Source of the DNA: Thermoplasmata archaeon
GTDB taxonomy: Archaea > Thermoplasmatota > Thermoplasmata > Thermoplasmatales > GCA-001856825
Length of the DNA stretch: 64,000 bases
Assembly: GCA_021817415.1 (NCBI GenBank)
Contig: JAKAUZ010000030.1
Location: forward strand, 5,224 to 69,223
Reading direction: 5' to 3'
Made by a program: the position numbers and the translations under genes. This document shows, piece by piece, positions 29,225 to 39,405 of the stretch. Below the pieces are notes generated by a model. It did not search any database. It was not told where the DNA came from and worked only from the letters and a program-made list of their open reading frames with translations. Position 1 is the stretch's first letter. Each line of letters starts with the position of its first letter.

Positions 29225-29670
29225 AGTATCACCCCTGTGAAAATATAAACTATGCCAAAGATGCTAATTATGATCATGAAAATGCCTAGCAGTATTTTGA
29301 GCACCATGTTCCAGCCACGTAATGACTTGGCCTTGTATGGGTATTCAATCCTGTACGGCTTTGGCATCAATAGTCCACTTTCAGTTATAGTCAGCCTAAG
29401 ACCATTAAGGGCATGGAATGTTGCGGCCAGCAGTATACCGGACAGGATGTACGGGCCAAAATGAACCCCGAAAGGCCAATCCAGGAATACCATTGTACTA
29501 TTCCACGTAATGGGACCATCCAGTATTCTTGATGTCTCAAAAACGTGAGCCATAAGGTAAAGACCAAGGGCTATACCCGTGAGCCTGTGGAGTGCATAAA
29601 GCCATTTGTCAGAACTGTACTTAAGCGGGTTGAACCAGAAAATCCATCCTTTCTTATTTTCAATCGCCAT
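29221..29670 (-). CDS. sdhC: succinate dehydrogenase cytochrome b subunit (operon 1)
   Basis: LHRLTG, YLMAH, FHALNGLR. Confidence 0.87.
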   Translation of the reverse strand: MAIENKKGWIFWFNPLKYSSDKWLYALHRLTGIALGLYLMAHVFETSRILDGPITWNSTMVFLDWPFGVHFGPYILSGILLAATFHALNGLRLTITESGLLMPKPYRIEYPYKAKSLRGWNMVLKILLGIFMIIISIFGIVYIFTGVIL

Positions 29671-29679
29671 TAGATCACC

Positions 29680-31395
29680 TCAATACACCCTCGGCTCAGG
29701 TTTCCATTTGGTTAGCTTGACCGGAAGATATGAGATCAGTATTTTGTCGCCCTCCCTTCTGGCTATGGTATGCTTCAAGTAATTGACGTCGTCTCTGTTC
29801 GGATAATCTGTCCTGAAATGGGACCCCCGGCTTTCCTTTCTTTCGAGCGCACCGGTGATAACAACCTCCGCCAGTTCAACCACGTTTCTCATCTCGAATG
29901 CAGCGATTAAATTCTGGTTGTACACATTTCCTCTTTCTTTGATTATAATGCTCTTGCTCATCTTCTTAAGTTCCCTTACCGCTTTCAAGCCATCAGTCAG
30001 ACCGGCTTCGTTCCTGAAGACGTACGCATCTTTATCCATAATGTCCCAGAGTCTCCTCTTTATCTCATATGGGTCATTGTCCCCGTTTTGATTGTTGACT
30101 TCAGCAACAATGGATTCTGCGTGTTTCCTGTCTCCTTCTAACAGGGAAACACCATTATTGTTCTTCAACAGCCATTTAGCAGCCTCTCCTCCGGCAACTT
30201 TGCCAAATACCACACATTCACTGGTTGAATTCGCCCCGAGCCTGTTTGCGCCATGAGTTGAAACGCATGCAGCTTCCCCTGCAGCCCAAAGGCCATCCAC
30301 GCCCGTATTACCAAGAACGTTTACATTGATGCCCCCCATCGTGTAGTGGGCCGCAGGTCTTATTGGAAGTGGACTCTCCACTGGGTCTATACCGACATAA
30401 TGTATTCCTATTTCCCTGACCTGGGAAAGTTTCTCCTTGATTTTCTCCGCACCTATAGGAGAGAAATCCAGTAGTACATAATCAAGACCATTTGGACCCT
30501 TGAATCCCTTTCCATTGAGTATTTCAGTCATTATACTCCTTGATACAATGTCCCTGGGTGCAAGATCCTTTTTTTTCGGGGCGTATCTTTCCATGAACCT
30601 TTCTCCCTGTGCGTTTTTCAATATACCTCCGTCCCCCCTTACGCCCTCAGTTATCAAGATCCCTGATGGCACCAGCCCGGTCGGATGGAACTGGACGAAT
30701 TCCAGGTCCTTCATCTCGAGTCCCCTCCGCAATGCTATCGCAAGACCATCTCCTGTCACGAGATGCGAATAGGTTGTATATCCGTAAAGCCTTCCAAGAC
30801 CCCCAGTGGCTATAATTCCGGCCTTTGCCTTGAAAATTCTAATCTCACCTGTTGCAATGTCTATTGCAACCACTCCTCGGAACCTATTGTTATCAATGAG
30901 GAAGTCGACGGCAAATTGCTCGTGAAACTTGTCCACATTCCCATATTTCAGGAGTGTATCATATAGGGCGTGCACTTCGAAAAATCCTGTTCTATCTGAA
31001 GCATATGTGGCCCTGTTGAATGAGTGCCCGCCGAATGCCCTCTGGGCAATCCTTCCATCCTCTCTTCTCGCCCAGGGCAGTCCCCAGTGCTCCAATTCCA
31101 TGATGTCTACTGGACATTGTCTCACGAAGAATTCAATTACGTCCTGGTCGGCGAGGTAGTCAGATCCCTTGATGGTATCATACGCGTGAAGATCAAATGA
31201 ATCCCCCTCTTCCTCGTACAGAACTGCAGCAGACCCACCTTCCGCAGAAATTGAGTGGGCCCTCATAAGCTGATTCTTTGCAATTATTGCAATTCTCAAT
31301 TTTCCTTGCCCGGTCTTGGCTGCTTCTATAGCAGCTCTGAGACCTGCCAGGCCAGATCCTATAATTACTAAATCATAATCAAGGACTTCAACCAA
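29680..31395 (-). CDS. sdhA: succinate dehydrogenase/fumarate reductase flavoprotein (operon 1)
   Basis: GSGLAG, RAHSISAEGG, QFHPTG, HGANRLG, ESRGSH. Confidence 0.96.
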   Translation of the reverse strand: MVEVLDYDLVIIGSGLAGLRAAIEAAKTGQGKLRIAIIAKNQLMRAHSISAEGGSAAVLYEEEGDSFDLHAYDTIKGSDYLADQDVIEFFVRQCPVDIMELEHWGLPWARREDGRIAQRAFGGHSFNRATYASDRTGFFEVHALYDTLLKYGNVDKFHEQFAVDFLIDNNRFRGVVAIDIATGEIRIFKAKAGIIATGGLGRLYGYTTYSHLVTGDGLAIALRRGLEMKDLEFVQFHPTGLVPSGILITEGVRGDGGILKNAQGERFMERYAPKKKDLAPRDIVSRSIMTEILNGKGFKGPNGLDYVLLDFSPIGAEKIKEKLSQVREIGIHYVGIDPVESPLPIRPAAHYTMGGINVNVLGNTGVDGLWAAGEAACVSTHGANRLGANSTSECVVFGKVAGGEAAKWLLKNNNGVSLLEGDRKHAESIVAEVNNQNGDNDPYEIKRRLWDIMDKDAYVFRNEAGLTDGLKAVRELKKMSKSIIIKERGNVYNQNLIAAFEMRNVVELAEVVITGALERKESRGSHFRTDYPNRDDVNYLKHTIARREGDKILISYLPVKLTKWKPEPRVY

Positions 31396-31600
31396 ATAGA
31401 TCGCCGATTAGGTAGTATATGAACCTATAAAAAAATTCGTAAGAGAATTAGAATTAGGCACGGTAAAATCCAGTGAAGACTATTAATTACAAAATATTCC
31501 ACGATATCTCGTCAGATACACCCAATATTTCCCGCTGTTGGAGGCCATTCTTTCGTATTCAACGAAAGGAAAAATGATAATTAAGCAAGAGACCCAAAAA

Positions 31601-31771
31601 TTATGTGGCGGCGATTGAGAAAAGGAATATCAGGAATCCTGAGATAACCAGTCCCTCCACTTCGTCCCCAGGGATGTGCTCAAATTTGAACAATAATCCT
31701 GCCATTTCCATGATAAGCAGACCAAGAAAGAAAAGTGGGTACTTGAACCTGGACGGAAGGAGATGAGGCAT
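31601..31771 (-). CDS. small 2-TM membrane protein (56 aa) coupled to SDH operon 2
   Basis: hand translation MPHLLPSRFKYPLFFLGLLIMEMAGLLFKFEHIPGDEVEGLVISGFLIFLFSIAAT; TAATG overlap with upstream stop and GGAGG SD. Confidence 0.7.
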   Translation of the reverse strand: MPHLLPSRFKYPLFFLGLLIMEMAGLLFKFEHIPGDEVEGLVISGFLIFLFSIAAT

Positions 31772-32496
31772 TATATCCCTCCTCCCGAATGCACAAGCAT
31801 TATGTTCGGGATTACCCCTGCTGAGAGTCCTCGAAGATATATGTCCACGAACACGAACATCACAAGGCTAATCCAAGCAAGCGTTTCGTGATGCTCGTTG
31901 AACCTTGACTGTATCCTGAAGAATGTGGTCTTCCTGTCTCTATTTGCAGGACATGTGAAGCAATCTTTGTACCCTCCGGTCAGGTGTCTTACTGAATGGC
32001 ATGAGAAGGTGTAAAGGGTCACTGCAATGGTGTTTACAGTCAATATGATTGTACCCAGTGAGAGAGTCAGGGAGCCTGAATATACTATTGAATAGTATAT
32101 GTCATAATAGAAGAATGGAAGTATTCCCCATGCAGTATACATGAAATATCTGTGGAAGTTTTCCACCCTGAAGAATCCCGTTTCTCCGGAATATTTCCTT
32201 CTTGCTGAATCCATTCTTTCATTTACCGTGCAAGTATTCGGGTGATTGAATAAATGACGATGATAATCCTTTCTGTATGCGTAACACGTGAGACGGAACA
32301 GGACAACAAGCGGGAGTATGAGTACCGTCGGAGTATAGAATGGATCAGTAAGGCCGTCCTTTACCGGTACGGGGAAGGAGAGAAGCACATAAGTCCCTAT
32401 CACAGAAACAAGAACAAATGACCAGAATCTCCAGTTTGGTTCAAGAAACTCCGGAGGCAGCAAATGCAGATTTGAAGATTCATTTGCACTTCTCAT
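31771..32496 (-). CDS. membrane anchor of mycobacterial Sdh1/type F-like SDH (Rv0249c-like)
   Basis: FRLTCYAYRK, NFHRYF, SCHSVRHL.GG..DCF motifs. Confidence 0.82.
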   Translation of the reverse strand: MRSANESSNLHLLPPEFLEPNWRFWSFVLVSVIGTYVLLSFPVPVKDGLTDPFYTPTVLILPLVVLFRLTCYAYRKDYHRHLFNHPNTCTVNERMDSARRKYSGETGFFRVENFHRYFMYTAWGILPFFYYDIYYSIVYSGSLTLSLGTIILTVNTIAVTLYTFSCHSVRHLTGGYKDCFTCPANRDRKTTFFRIQSRFNEHHETLAWISLVMFVFVDIYLRGLSAGVIPNIMLVHSGGGI

Positions 32497-33242
32497 TTCC
32501 TTTCACCCTCTTTCCTACTTCTTCGGATGATTATTGCGATTGGGTCGTAGAAGGCATTGACTGCCCTCTCCTTCTCCGGAATGATTGCATTATCAGTTAT
32601 TCGTATCTCCTCTGGACATACGCTCTGGCAACACTTGGTTATATTGCAGAAACCCAGTCCCCCCTCTGAATTAAGGAACTCTGATCTATTGAGTGAGTCC
32701 AGTGGATGCATGTCGAGTGATGCAGCCTTTACGACGTGTCTTGGTCCTACGTATCCAGATTTGTGCTCCCTTATCACGTGACATACATCCTGACAGAGGA
32801 AACACTCTATGCACTTCTTGAACTCCTTTGATCTTTCAATATCAATCTGTGACATCCTCCACGGTTTTTCAATCCCTTTTTTCGGAGTGAATGGAGGGAT
32901 CCTCCTGAGAATATCCCAGTTTTCTGACACATCAGTCACCAGGTCCTTTACAAGCGGAAATGCACCCATTGGGGATACTGTGACCTTTTTCCCTCTAAAA
33001 GAATCTATCCTGGTCTTGCACATAAGCGATGGTTTGTGATTTATTTCCGCTGAGCAGGAACCACATTTCCCTGCCATGCAGTTCCACCTAATTGACATGG
33101 AAGGGTCTATGTGCCTTTCTATATATTTCATGGCATCCAGGACGACCATGCCTTCCTCTACCGGCACCTCATAGTCCACGAAACGACCTTTCGTCTCGAT
33201 TTCTGGATTGTGACGGTACACTGAAATTGTTATTTTATCCAT
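32493..33242 (-). CDS. sdhB: SDH Fe-S subunit (operon 2, Rv0247c-like)
   Basis: RWNCMAGKCGSCSAEIN, CIECFLCQDVCH, CNITKCCQSVCPE.I.ITDNAIIP.KER. Confidence 0.92.
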   Translation of the reverse strand: MDKITISVYRHNPEIETKGRFVDYEVPVEEGMVVLDAMKYIERHIDPSMSIRWNCMAGKCGSCSAEINHKPSLMCKTRIDSFRGKKVTVSPMGAFPLVKDLVTDVSENWDILRRIPPFTPKKGIEKPWRMSQIDIERSKEFKKCIECFLCQDVCHVIREHKSGYVGPRHVVKAASLDMHPLDSLNRSEFLNSEGGLGFCNITKCCQSVCPEEIRITDNAIIPEKERAVNAFYDPIAIIIRRSRKEGERK

Positions 33243-34957
33243 CAGTACTCCTCCGGTTCAACTAATTTTTTCAGATCGTCTGGCAGTTCTGGAACTGCCC
33301 TCCATTCAAGTTTCATTTCATCACCAGCCCTCACATAAATCAGGTTCTTTCTTAACTGTGGGTCCTTTTTCGGGAAGTCAGCTCTTGCATGTGCCCCCCG
33401 GCTTTCCTTTCTTTCTATAGCACCCCTGATAATTGCTTCTGCTGCGATAAGCATCAGTGGGAACTCAAGACACTGCAGGAGTCCCTTGTTGTATCGGATG
33501 CTCCCATCAACGCCGAGTTTCGTTGACTGCATTTTCAGTTCCAGGATTATATTTAGGGCATCGTTTAGATCATTTCCATTCCTGATTATACCCACTTTTT
33601 CGCTCATCGTATCTTCGAGTTTTGTTGCCAGATCGTAAGGGTTCAACCCATCCTTGTTCAGGTATGATTTGACTCTTTCCATTTCAGCAATCAGCAGCGA
33701 TTCGTCCACAGAGCCGAATCCTGATCTCTTTGCAAAATTTGACGCTCCTTCACCGCTTCTTTTACCGAATACGAGAATATCGGCCAGCGAGTTTCCTCCA
33801 AGACGGTTTGCCCCGTGAAGTCCGCTCGCAACTTCACCTGCGGCGAATAGCCCTGGGACATTCGTTGAGGTCGTTTCCGGATCTACCCTAATCCCACCCA
33901 TCTGGTAGTGTACAGTGGGCGCAACTTCCATCTTTTCCCTTGTGATATCCACCCCTGCGAAATCAAGGTACTGCTTGTACATGCTCGGCAACTTCTTCTT
34001 TATGAAATCCGCTCCTTTGTGGGTGATATCTAAATACACCCCTCCGTGTTCCGTCCCGCGTCCTGCCATAATTTCAGCGTAGTTTGCCCTTGCAACGATG
34101 TCCCTTGCATCCAGTTCCATTTTCTTGGGGGAGTAACGTTGCATGAATCTTTCACCCTTGGCATTCAGCAGTATTCCTCCTTCTCCTCTCACTCCCTCCG
34201 TAACCAGTAATCCCTTCACTCCTGGCGGGTAAACCATTCCCGTCGGATGGAATTGTATCATCTCCATGTCCATAAGCTCTGCACCCACCTGGAATGCAAG
34301 GCCAAGCCCGTCTCCAGTGGACTCCCAGGAATTTGATGTCACCTTGAAAATCCTTCCACACCCCCCTGTGGCAATGATCGTGGCCTTGGCACGGAAGTAA
34401 TGAAAAACCCCATCGCTCAGCTTCAGACCTAAAGCACCAACAACCCTTCCCTCATTGGTGAAAAGTTTCGTGACGAAAACTTCGTCGTATACCTTTACTT
34501 TCCTATGTAGAAGCTGGTCCTCAAGAGTTCTTATGATCTCCAAGCCTGTCCTGTCTCCAACATGGCAGAGTCTCCTGTAAGTGTGTGCTCCAAATGCCCT
34601 CTGCATTATTCTCCCGTCAGGAGTCCTGTCGAAGAGAGCACCGTATTCCTCCAGTTCCCTGACCCTCTCCGGTGCTTCTTTAGCAAGTATTTCAACCATC
34701 CTGTAGTTTGAGATGTAAACACCTTCTATGAAAGTATCAGAAAAGTGCACCTGCCAGTTATCCTTTGAATCAACATTCGCAAGACTAGCAGCAATCCCTC
34801 CTTCAGCCATCACAGTGTGAGCCTTCCCTAGAAGAGACTTAGAAAGTATAGTGACGGAGGAGCCTGAGTCAGACGCTGCGATCGCTGCCCTCATTCCTGC
34901 TCCACCTGCCCCGATTATTAGGACGTCTGTTTCATGCACAATATATTGACTGCTCAT
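33242..34957 (-). CDS. sdhA: SDH flavoprotein (operon 2, Rv0248c-like)
   Basis: KSLLGKAHTVMAEGG, HVGDRTGLE, QFHPTGMV.PP, HGANRLGGNSL. Confidence 0.93.
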   Translation of the reverse strand: MSSQYIVHETDVLIIGAGGAGMRAAIAASDSGSSVTILSKSLLGKAHTVMAEGGIAASLANVDSKDNWQVHFSDTFIEGVYISNYRMVEILAKEAPERVRELEEYGALFDRTPDGRIMQRAFGAHTYRRLCHVGDRTGLEIIRTLEDQLLHRKVKVYDEVFVTKLFTNEGRVVGALGLKLSDGVFHYFRAKATIIATGGCGRIFKVTSNSWESTGDGLGLAFQVGAELMDMEMIQFHPTGMVYPPGVKGLLVTEGVRGEGGILLNAKGERFMQRYSPKKMELDARDIVARANYAEIMAGRGTEHGGVYLDITHKGADFIKKKLPSMYKQYLDFAGVDITREKMEVAPTVHYQMGGIRVDPETTSTNVPGLFAAGEVASGLHGANRLGGNSLADILVFGKRSGEGASNFAKRSGFGSVDESLLIAEMERVKSYLNKDGLNPYDLATKLEDTMSEKVGIIRNGNDLNDALNIILELKMQSTKLGVDGSIRYNKGLLQCLEFPLMLIAAEAIIRGAIERKESRGAHARADFPKKDPQLRKNLIYVRAGDEMKLEWRAVPELPDDLKKLVEPEEY

Positions 34958-35079
34958 TTTAACACTTCACAGAGCTTTCGCCTTGTGAAGAAGTTTAGGC
35001 TGAATATAAATCTTTAGTATCCCACAGCATTTTATATGCCGTTATATTCTGTTATTGTCAATTAACAAATTCCAAATTA

Positions 35080-36018
35080 TCAAATTGCCGAAAAGTCGAT
35101 AAGATTCTTCCTCCTGTCCTTGCTTAAGAGCACAATTCTGGAATCTTCCCTCTCTCCGCCAAAATCATAATTCAGGTAACCACTCAACCTGTTGGAGAAC
35201 TCTCTTATTTCCTCGTGCGACGGCATATTTTCAATGGAAAGCCTCCCCTTGGAGCCACCAACATGTACGTACCCCTTGTTCTCGATGAAATCTGGATCTG
35301 CCCTCTTATCAAGTTTGTAATAATCCTCAATGTACCCAAGATTGAAGTCCTTTACCAGAGTGTGTCTTATCACTGTTCTGGTGTCCACAGTGGAAAGGAA
35401 ATCGAGTGTTTTCATCAATCTCTCCCATCCATCCCTGTAAGTTGGGTTTAGCAGCTCCCTGAATATTTTCTCGTTTGGGGCGGCAACCGTCACATAGAGC
35501 TGGGTCGGAAGTGTTTCCAGCTTTTCCAGAGCTTCGGGATTCGTCCCATTAGTGACAAGGAAAGTTGATATCTTCCTCTGTTTCGCTTCGTAAAGGAGAT
35601 CGTTCAGTTTTCCGTAGAGAGTGGGTTCACCAGTCAGGGAAATTGCCATGTGCTTTGGTTGCTGTGCTTCGAGCCATTTCTTAATGTCAGTCCTGCCATC
35701 GCCCTTGAATCCTGTCAGGAGCTGCTTCTGGGCAAGGATGCTCCCTTCCATCACCCCAAAAGCATCATCTTCTTCAGGTATCTTGACCCCCTCCCATCCC
35801 TGCGCTCTCCAGCAAAACAGGCAACTTTCAGAGCACCAGTCAACAGTTGGCGTCATCTGCACGCATCTATGACTTTCTATTCCATAGAATGTCTGTTTGT
35901 AGCACGGTCTGTTATAATAGAGGGACTGTCTCATCCAGTGGCATAGTTTGACGGCAGAATGGTTGCCGACTATCTTGTATCCCTGCTTTTCCAGAGCTTT
36001 TCTCTTGATTTCATCCAT
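35080..36018 (-). CDS. taw1: 4-demethylwyosine synthase (radical SAM, Taw1/TYW1)
   Basis: HSAVKLCHW, CYKQTFYGIESHRC.QMTP, CSESCLFCWR, ISLTGEPT. Confidence 0.95.
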   Translation of the reverse strand: MDEIKRKALEKQGYKIVGNHSAVKLCHWMRQSLYYNRPCYKQTFYGIESHRCVQMTPTVDWCSESCLFCWRAQGWEGVKIPEEDDAFGVMEGSILAQKQLLTGFKGDGRTDIKKWLEAQQPKHMAISLTGEPTLYGKLNDLLYEAKQRKISTFLVTNGTNPEALEKLETLPTQLYVTVAAPNEKIFRELLNPTYRDGWERLMKTLDFLSTVDTRTVIRHTLVKDFNLGYIEDYYKLDKRADPDFIENKGYVHVGGSKGRLSIENMPSHEEIREFSNRLSGYLNYDFGGEREDSRIVLLSKDRRKNLIDFSAI

Positions 36019-36022
36019 ACGT

Positions 36023-36733
36023 TCACCATTTGTTTGCAGTTACAATGAATCCCGTGTGGTAGAGGAATGAGGACTCCGGCCTGAGCCCTGATTCGCTCAT
36101 TTTAATCGGGATGTCGACAATTTCATGTATATTCACTAAAAAACCGTTTTCTTTCATGAAACGCGAAAATGCTTCAGCCTGCGAATAGGTTGGAAGAATG
36201 GAGCCCACGTTCCTGACATTAGCCATTTTTCCTTCGAGAAATATGTGGGGTTCCGGACTGTCGATGAAAACATCTTCATATTCTTCAATTGGGGCCTTCA
36301 TCCCGTCTTCGTTCACTGCTTTTACGAGTCCTTCAACTTCAAATCTGTTTATGTTTCTTTTTAACAGTTCAAATGAGTCTTTATTGATCTCGTACGATTC
36401 TATCCTGACACGAAACATCAAAGATGCCATAATTGAGAACCCACCATTCCCACCTCCTATCTCCAGCAACTTTTCCCTGAATGGCAAATTCATTTTGAAA
36501 CCAATAAAAGAGACGTCCTTGGGCAAAATAATTTGGGGACCACGTTCTAGAGAACCCGACACATCCTCCAGCGCTGCCTTTCTGATCTTGAATTTCCTGG
36601 AACCCAGTTCCACCTCATTCATGTCTATTGAGAATTTCTCAGTATCGATGTTGCCCAACCCCCTAACGTAAATCAGGCCTGACCTGTTAGAGAAGCAGAA
36701 ATTTTCATTTTCGTCATATAACGTCAGCAGCAC
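36023..36733 (-). CDS. trmI: tRNA m1A58 methyltransferase TrmI-like
   Basis: RGPQIILPKD, RP.....HTGF motifs; motif I divergent (LEIGGGNGG). Confidence 0.75.
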   Translation of the reverse strand: MLLTLYDENENFCFSNRSGLIYVRGLGNIDTEKFSIDMNEVELGSRKFKIRKAALEDVSGSLERGPQIILPKDVSFIGFKMNLPFREKLLEIGGGNGGFSIMASLMFRVRIESYEINKDSFELLKRNINRFEVEGLVKAVNEDGMKAPIEEYEDVFIDSPEPHIFLEGKMANVRNVGSILPTYSQAEAFSRFMKENGFLVNIHEIVDIPIKMSESGLRPESSFLYHTGFIVTANKW

Positions 36734-36779
36734 ATTGGGTTAGAAAAAAGGATTTAAAATAGGTTTTCCTAAGGGTGAT

Positions 36780-39359
36780 GTGCAAGCACAGGAAGAACCG
36801 CTGAAATTCTTTTTGGAAAACAATTATCTCAGGAAAAAATGCACAAAATGCGGCATGTCATTCTGGACCTTGGACGCTGATAGGACCACGTGTGGGGAGG
36901 TGCCATGTGACCCTTATTCGTTCATTCATAATTCTCCGACATCAAAAGGATATTCGCTTGAAGAGATGAGAGAGGAGTTCCTTTCCTTTTTTGAGAAGTA
37001 TGGACACAAGAGAATAAAGAGGTACCCTATCGTTGCAAGGTGGAGGGAAGATGTATATCTTGTGAATGCAAGCATATACGATTTCCAGCCTCACGTCACG
37101 TCTGGAAAGGTTCCACCACCTGGGAACCCTTTAGTCATATCGCAGCCGTGCATAAGGACTGTTGATCTTGACAATGTCGGCAAAACAGGAAGGCACCTTT
37201 CGGTCTTTGAGATGGGAGGGGCAAAATCTTTCAATTTTCCTGGGAAGGAGATCTACTGGAAGGACAAGGCTGTTGAATATTCCAGACTCTTTCTAGAACA
37301 TCTTGGCGTAGATAGAAACGAAATCATCTATAAGGAGAAACCCTGGTTTGGCGGCGGGAATGCAGGTTCCGCAGTTGAGGTCATGGTAAGGGGACTCGAG
37401 GTTGCAACTTTGGTCTTTATGGACATGATAGAGGACCCATCTGGCGAATATGAATTTGATGGATTGAGATACAGGAAAATGGAGAACAGGATCGTTGATA
37501 CGGGATACGGAATCGACAGACTAGTCTGGTTATCTCAGGGGACAGATACAATTTTTGAGTCGCTTTATCCGGATTTAGTCAAGAAACTGATGGAGGAGGT
37601 TGGTATCTCCACTCCTAAATTCTTAGGGAAGTTCATAGCTGAATCTTCCAAAGAGGATGGGTCTGAACAAAAATTTCTCAGAGCTTTGTCAGAAGAAGAT
37701 AGGGAAACGATGGAGAAACTCCTCCAGATTTATGTGCTTGCTGATCATTCTAGGTCTTTGACATTCCTGTTATTTGATGGACTTGTTCCTTCCAATTCCA
37801 AAGCAGGATATGTCTTGCGGATGCTGATAAGGAGATCGCTGCTCTCCTTACAGAAATTGAAACTGAATGGAGGCCTCTGGCCACTGATAGAGATACAGGA
37901 GAAAAGATTTGGCAGTCTCATAGATAAGAGGCTTGAGAGGTCAGCGAGGGAAATAGTCCATTTGGAGACAGAAAGATTCAACGAATTGCTGAGTAAGGGG
38001 GACTCTCTCATAATCAAACACGCCAGGAATGGGACAATGTCTGAAGATGACGCCGTAATGCTCTTCCAGAGCAACGGACTGCCTATTGAATACATAAGGG
38101 AGAGGGCTCAGGTCCTCAATATTAAACTTCCGGAATCAATATCGAAATTCAAGGGTTTTGCAAACCAGAGAATAGAAGGGGTCGAGAAAGAAAAGGTTGG
38201 CATAGGGTCTTATCCCGCTACAAGGAAGCTGTATTATGAGGATGAGAGGAATTTCGAATTCAAAAGCAAGGTAGTTGGCATTGAAGGCAACAAAATCATC
38301 CTTGAAGAAACCTCCTTCTACCCAGAAGGAGGGGGGCAGCCTTCAGATACTGGATATCTGACGGTCAACGGTACCAAGCATAATGTGATAGATGTACAGA
38401 TCATAAACAATGTTGTGGTCCACACCCTGGATGATGCAGACGGAATAATGAAGGGAGATTATGTATCCGGGTTCGTCGATGTGGAAAGAAGGGACAGGCT
38501 GATGAAGAATCACTCTGCCACACACATACTTCTCTCATCTATCAGGGACGTCCTTGGACTCCACGTATGGCAATCAGGTGCACAGAAGGACCCTATCGTC
38601 AGCCGCCTGGACATTACCCACTACAAGGATATATCCCGTGAAGAATTAAAAGCAATAGAGATGAGGGCAAATCAGATCATCAGAATGAACCTCCCTCTGC
38701 ACAAGGAATTTGTAGACAGAGACAAGGCAGAGGAAAATTTTGGCTTCACCCTTTACCAGGGGGGAATACCTGCCGGGAACAGTCTCCGGCTGGTGGAGAT
38801 ACCTGGAATTGATGCTGAGGGGTGCGGTGGTACCCACGTTGACTGGACTGGAGAGGTAGGGCTGATAAAGATACTCAGAATAGAGAAGATCCAGGATGGA
38901 GTCATTCGTTTCCATTTCACATCTGGAAAGTCGGCCGTGGAGCAAGATCAGATGATTGATGATGAACTGATGGCAATCAAGGAAGAAATGGGAAGCGACC
39001 CCATTCAGTCTTATAACAGCATGAGGAAGGAGATTTCTGAAGTGAGAAGGGCATTAGCATCAGGAACGAAGGATCATAAGGTTAGATTTGGAAAAAGAAT
39101 GATAAGGTTGATTGAAACTGATGAGGTTATTGCAAATGACGTATCAAGAAGCCTTGGGGATGGGGTGGGAATTGTGATTTCCAAGGAAAGGATCAGGGTG
39201 GCTTCAGGAAGAAATGATGCATCCGCCCTCGAGATTTTGAGACTGATTGAAAGCGCAGGGTTGGTGAAAGGTGGAGGGAACCCTCAATTTGCGCAGGGGA
39301 AAGTATTAAGGGAAAATTTGGATTGGAAATCAGTCAAAGAGGCGATAATTCATCACTGA
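36780..39359 (+). CDS. alaS: alanine--tRNA ligase
   Basis: archaeal N-terminal CxxC, ASIYDFQP, DTGYGIDR, FYPEGGGQ, HSATH, CGGTH. Confidence 0.98.
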   Translation: MQAQEEPLKFFLENNYLRKKCTKCGMSFWTLDADRTTCGEVPCDPYSFIHNSPTSKGYSLEEMREEFLSFFEKYGHKRIKRYPIVARWREDVYLVNASIYDFQPHVTSGKVPPPGNPLVISQPCIRTVDLDNVGKTGRHLSVFEMGGAKSFNFPGKEIYWKDKAVEYSRLFLEHLGVDRNEIIYKEKPWFGGGNAGSAVEVMVRGLEVATLVFMDMIEDPSGEYEFDGLRYRKMENRIVDTGYGIDRLVWLSQGTDTIFESLYPDLVKKLMEEVGISTPKFLGKFIAESSKEDGSEQKFLRALSEEDRETMEKLLQIYVLADHSRSLTFLLFDGLVPSNSKAGYVLRMLIRRSLLSLQKLKLNGGLWPLIEIQEKRFGSLIDKRLERSAREIVHLETERFNELLSKGDSLIIKHARNGTMSEDDAVMLFQSNGLPIEYIRERAQVLNIKLPESISKFKGFANQRIEGVEKEKVGIGSYPATRKLYYEDERNFEFKSKVVGIEGNKIILEETSFYPEGGGQPSDTGYLTVNGTKHNVIDVQIINNVVVHTLDDADGIMKGDYVSGFVDVERRDRLMKNHSATHILLSSIRDVLGLHVWQSGAQKDPIVSRLDITHYKDISREELKAIEMRANQIIRMNLPLHKEFVDRDKAEENFGFTLYQGGIPAGNSLRLVEIPGIDAEGCGGTHVDWTGEVGLIKILRIEKIQDGVIRFHFTSGKSAVEQDQMIDDELMAIKEEMGSDPIQSYNSMRKEISEVRRALASGTKDHKVRFGKRMIRLIETDEVIANDVSRSLGDGVGIVISKERIRVASGRNDASALEILRLIESAGLVKGGGNPQFAQGKVLRENLDWKSVKEAIIHH

Positions 39360-39405
39360 AGATGAACTAGATAACCTACGGAGAGAAGTTGGAAAATATT
39401 TCACC

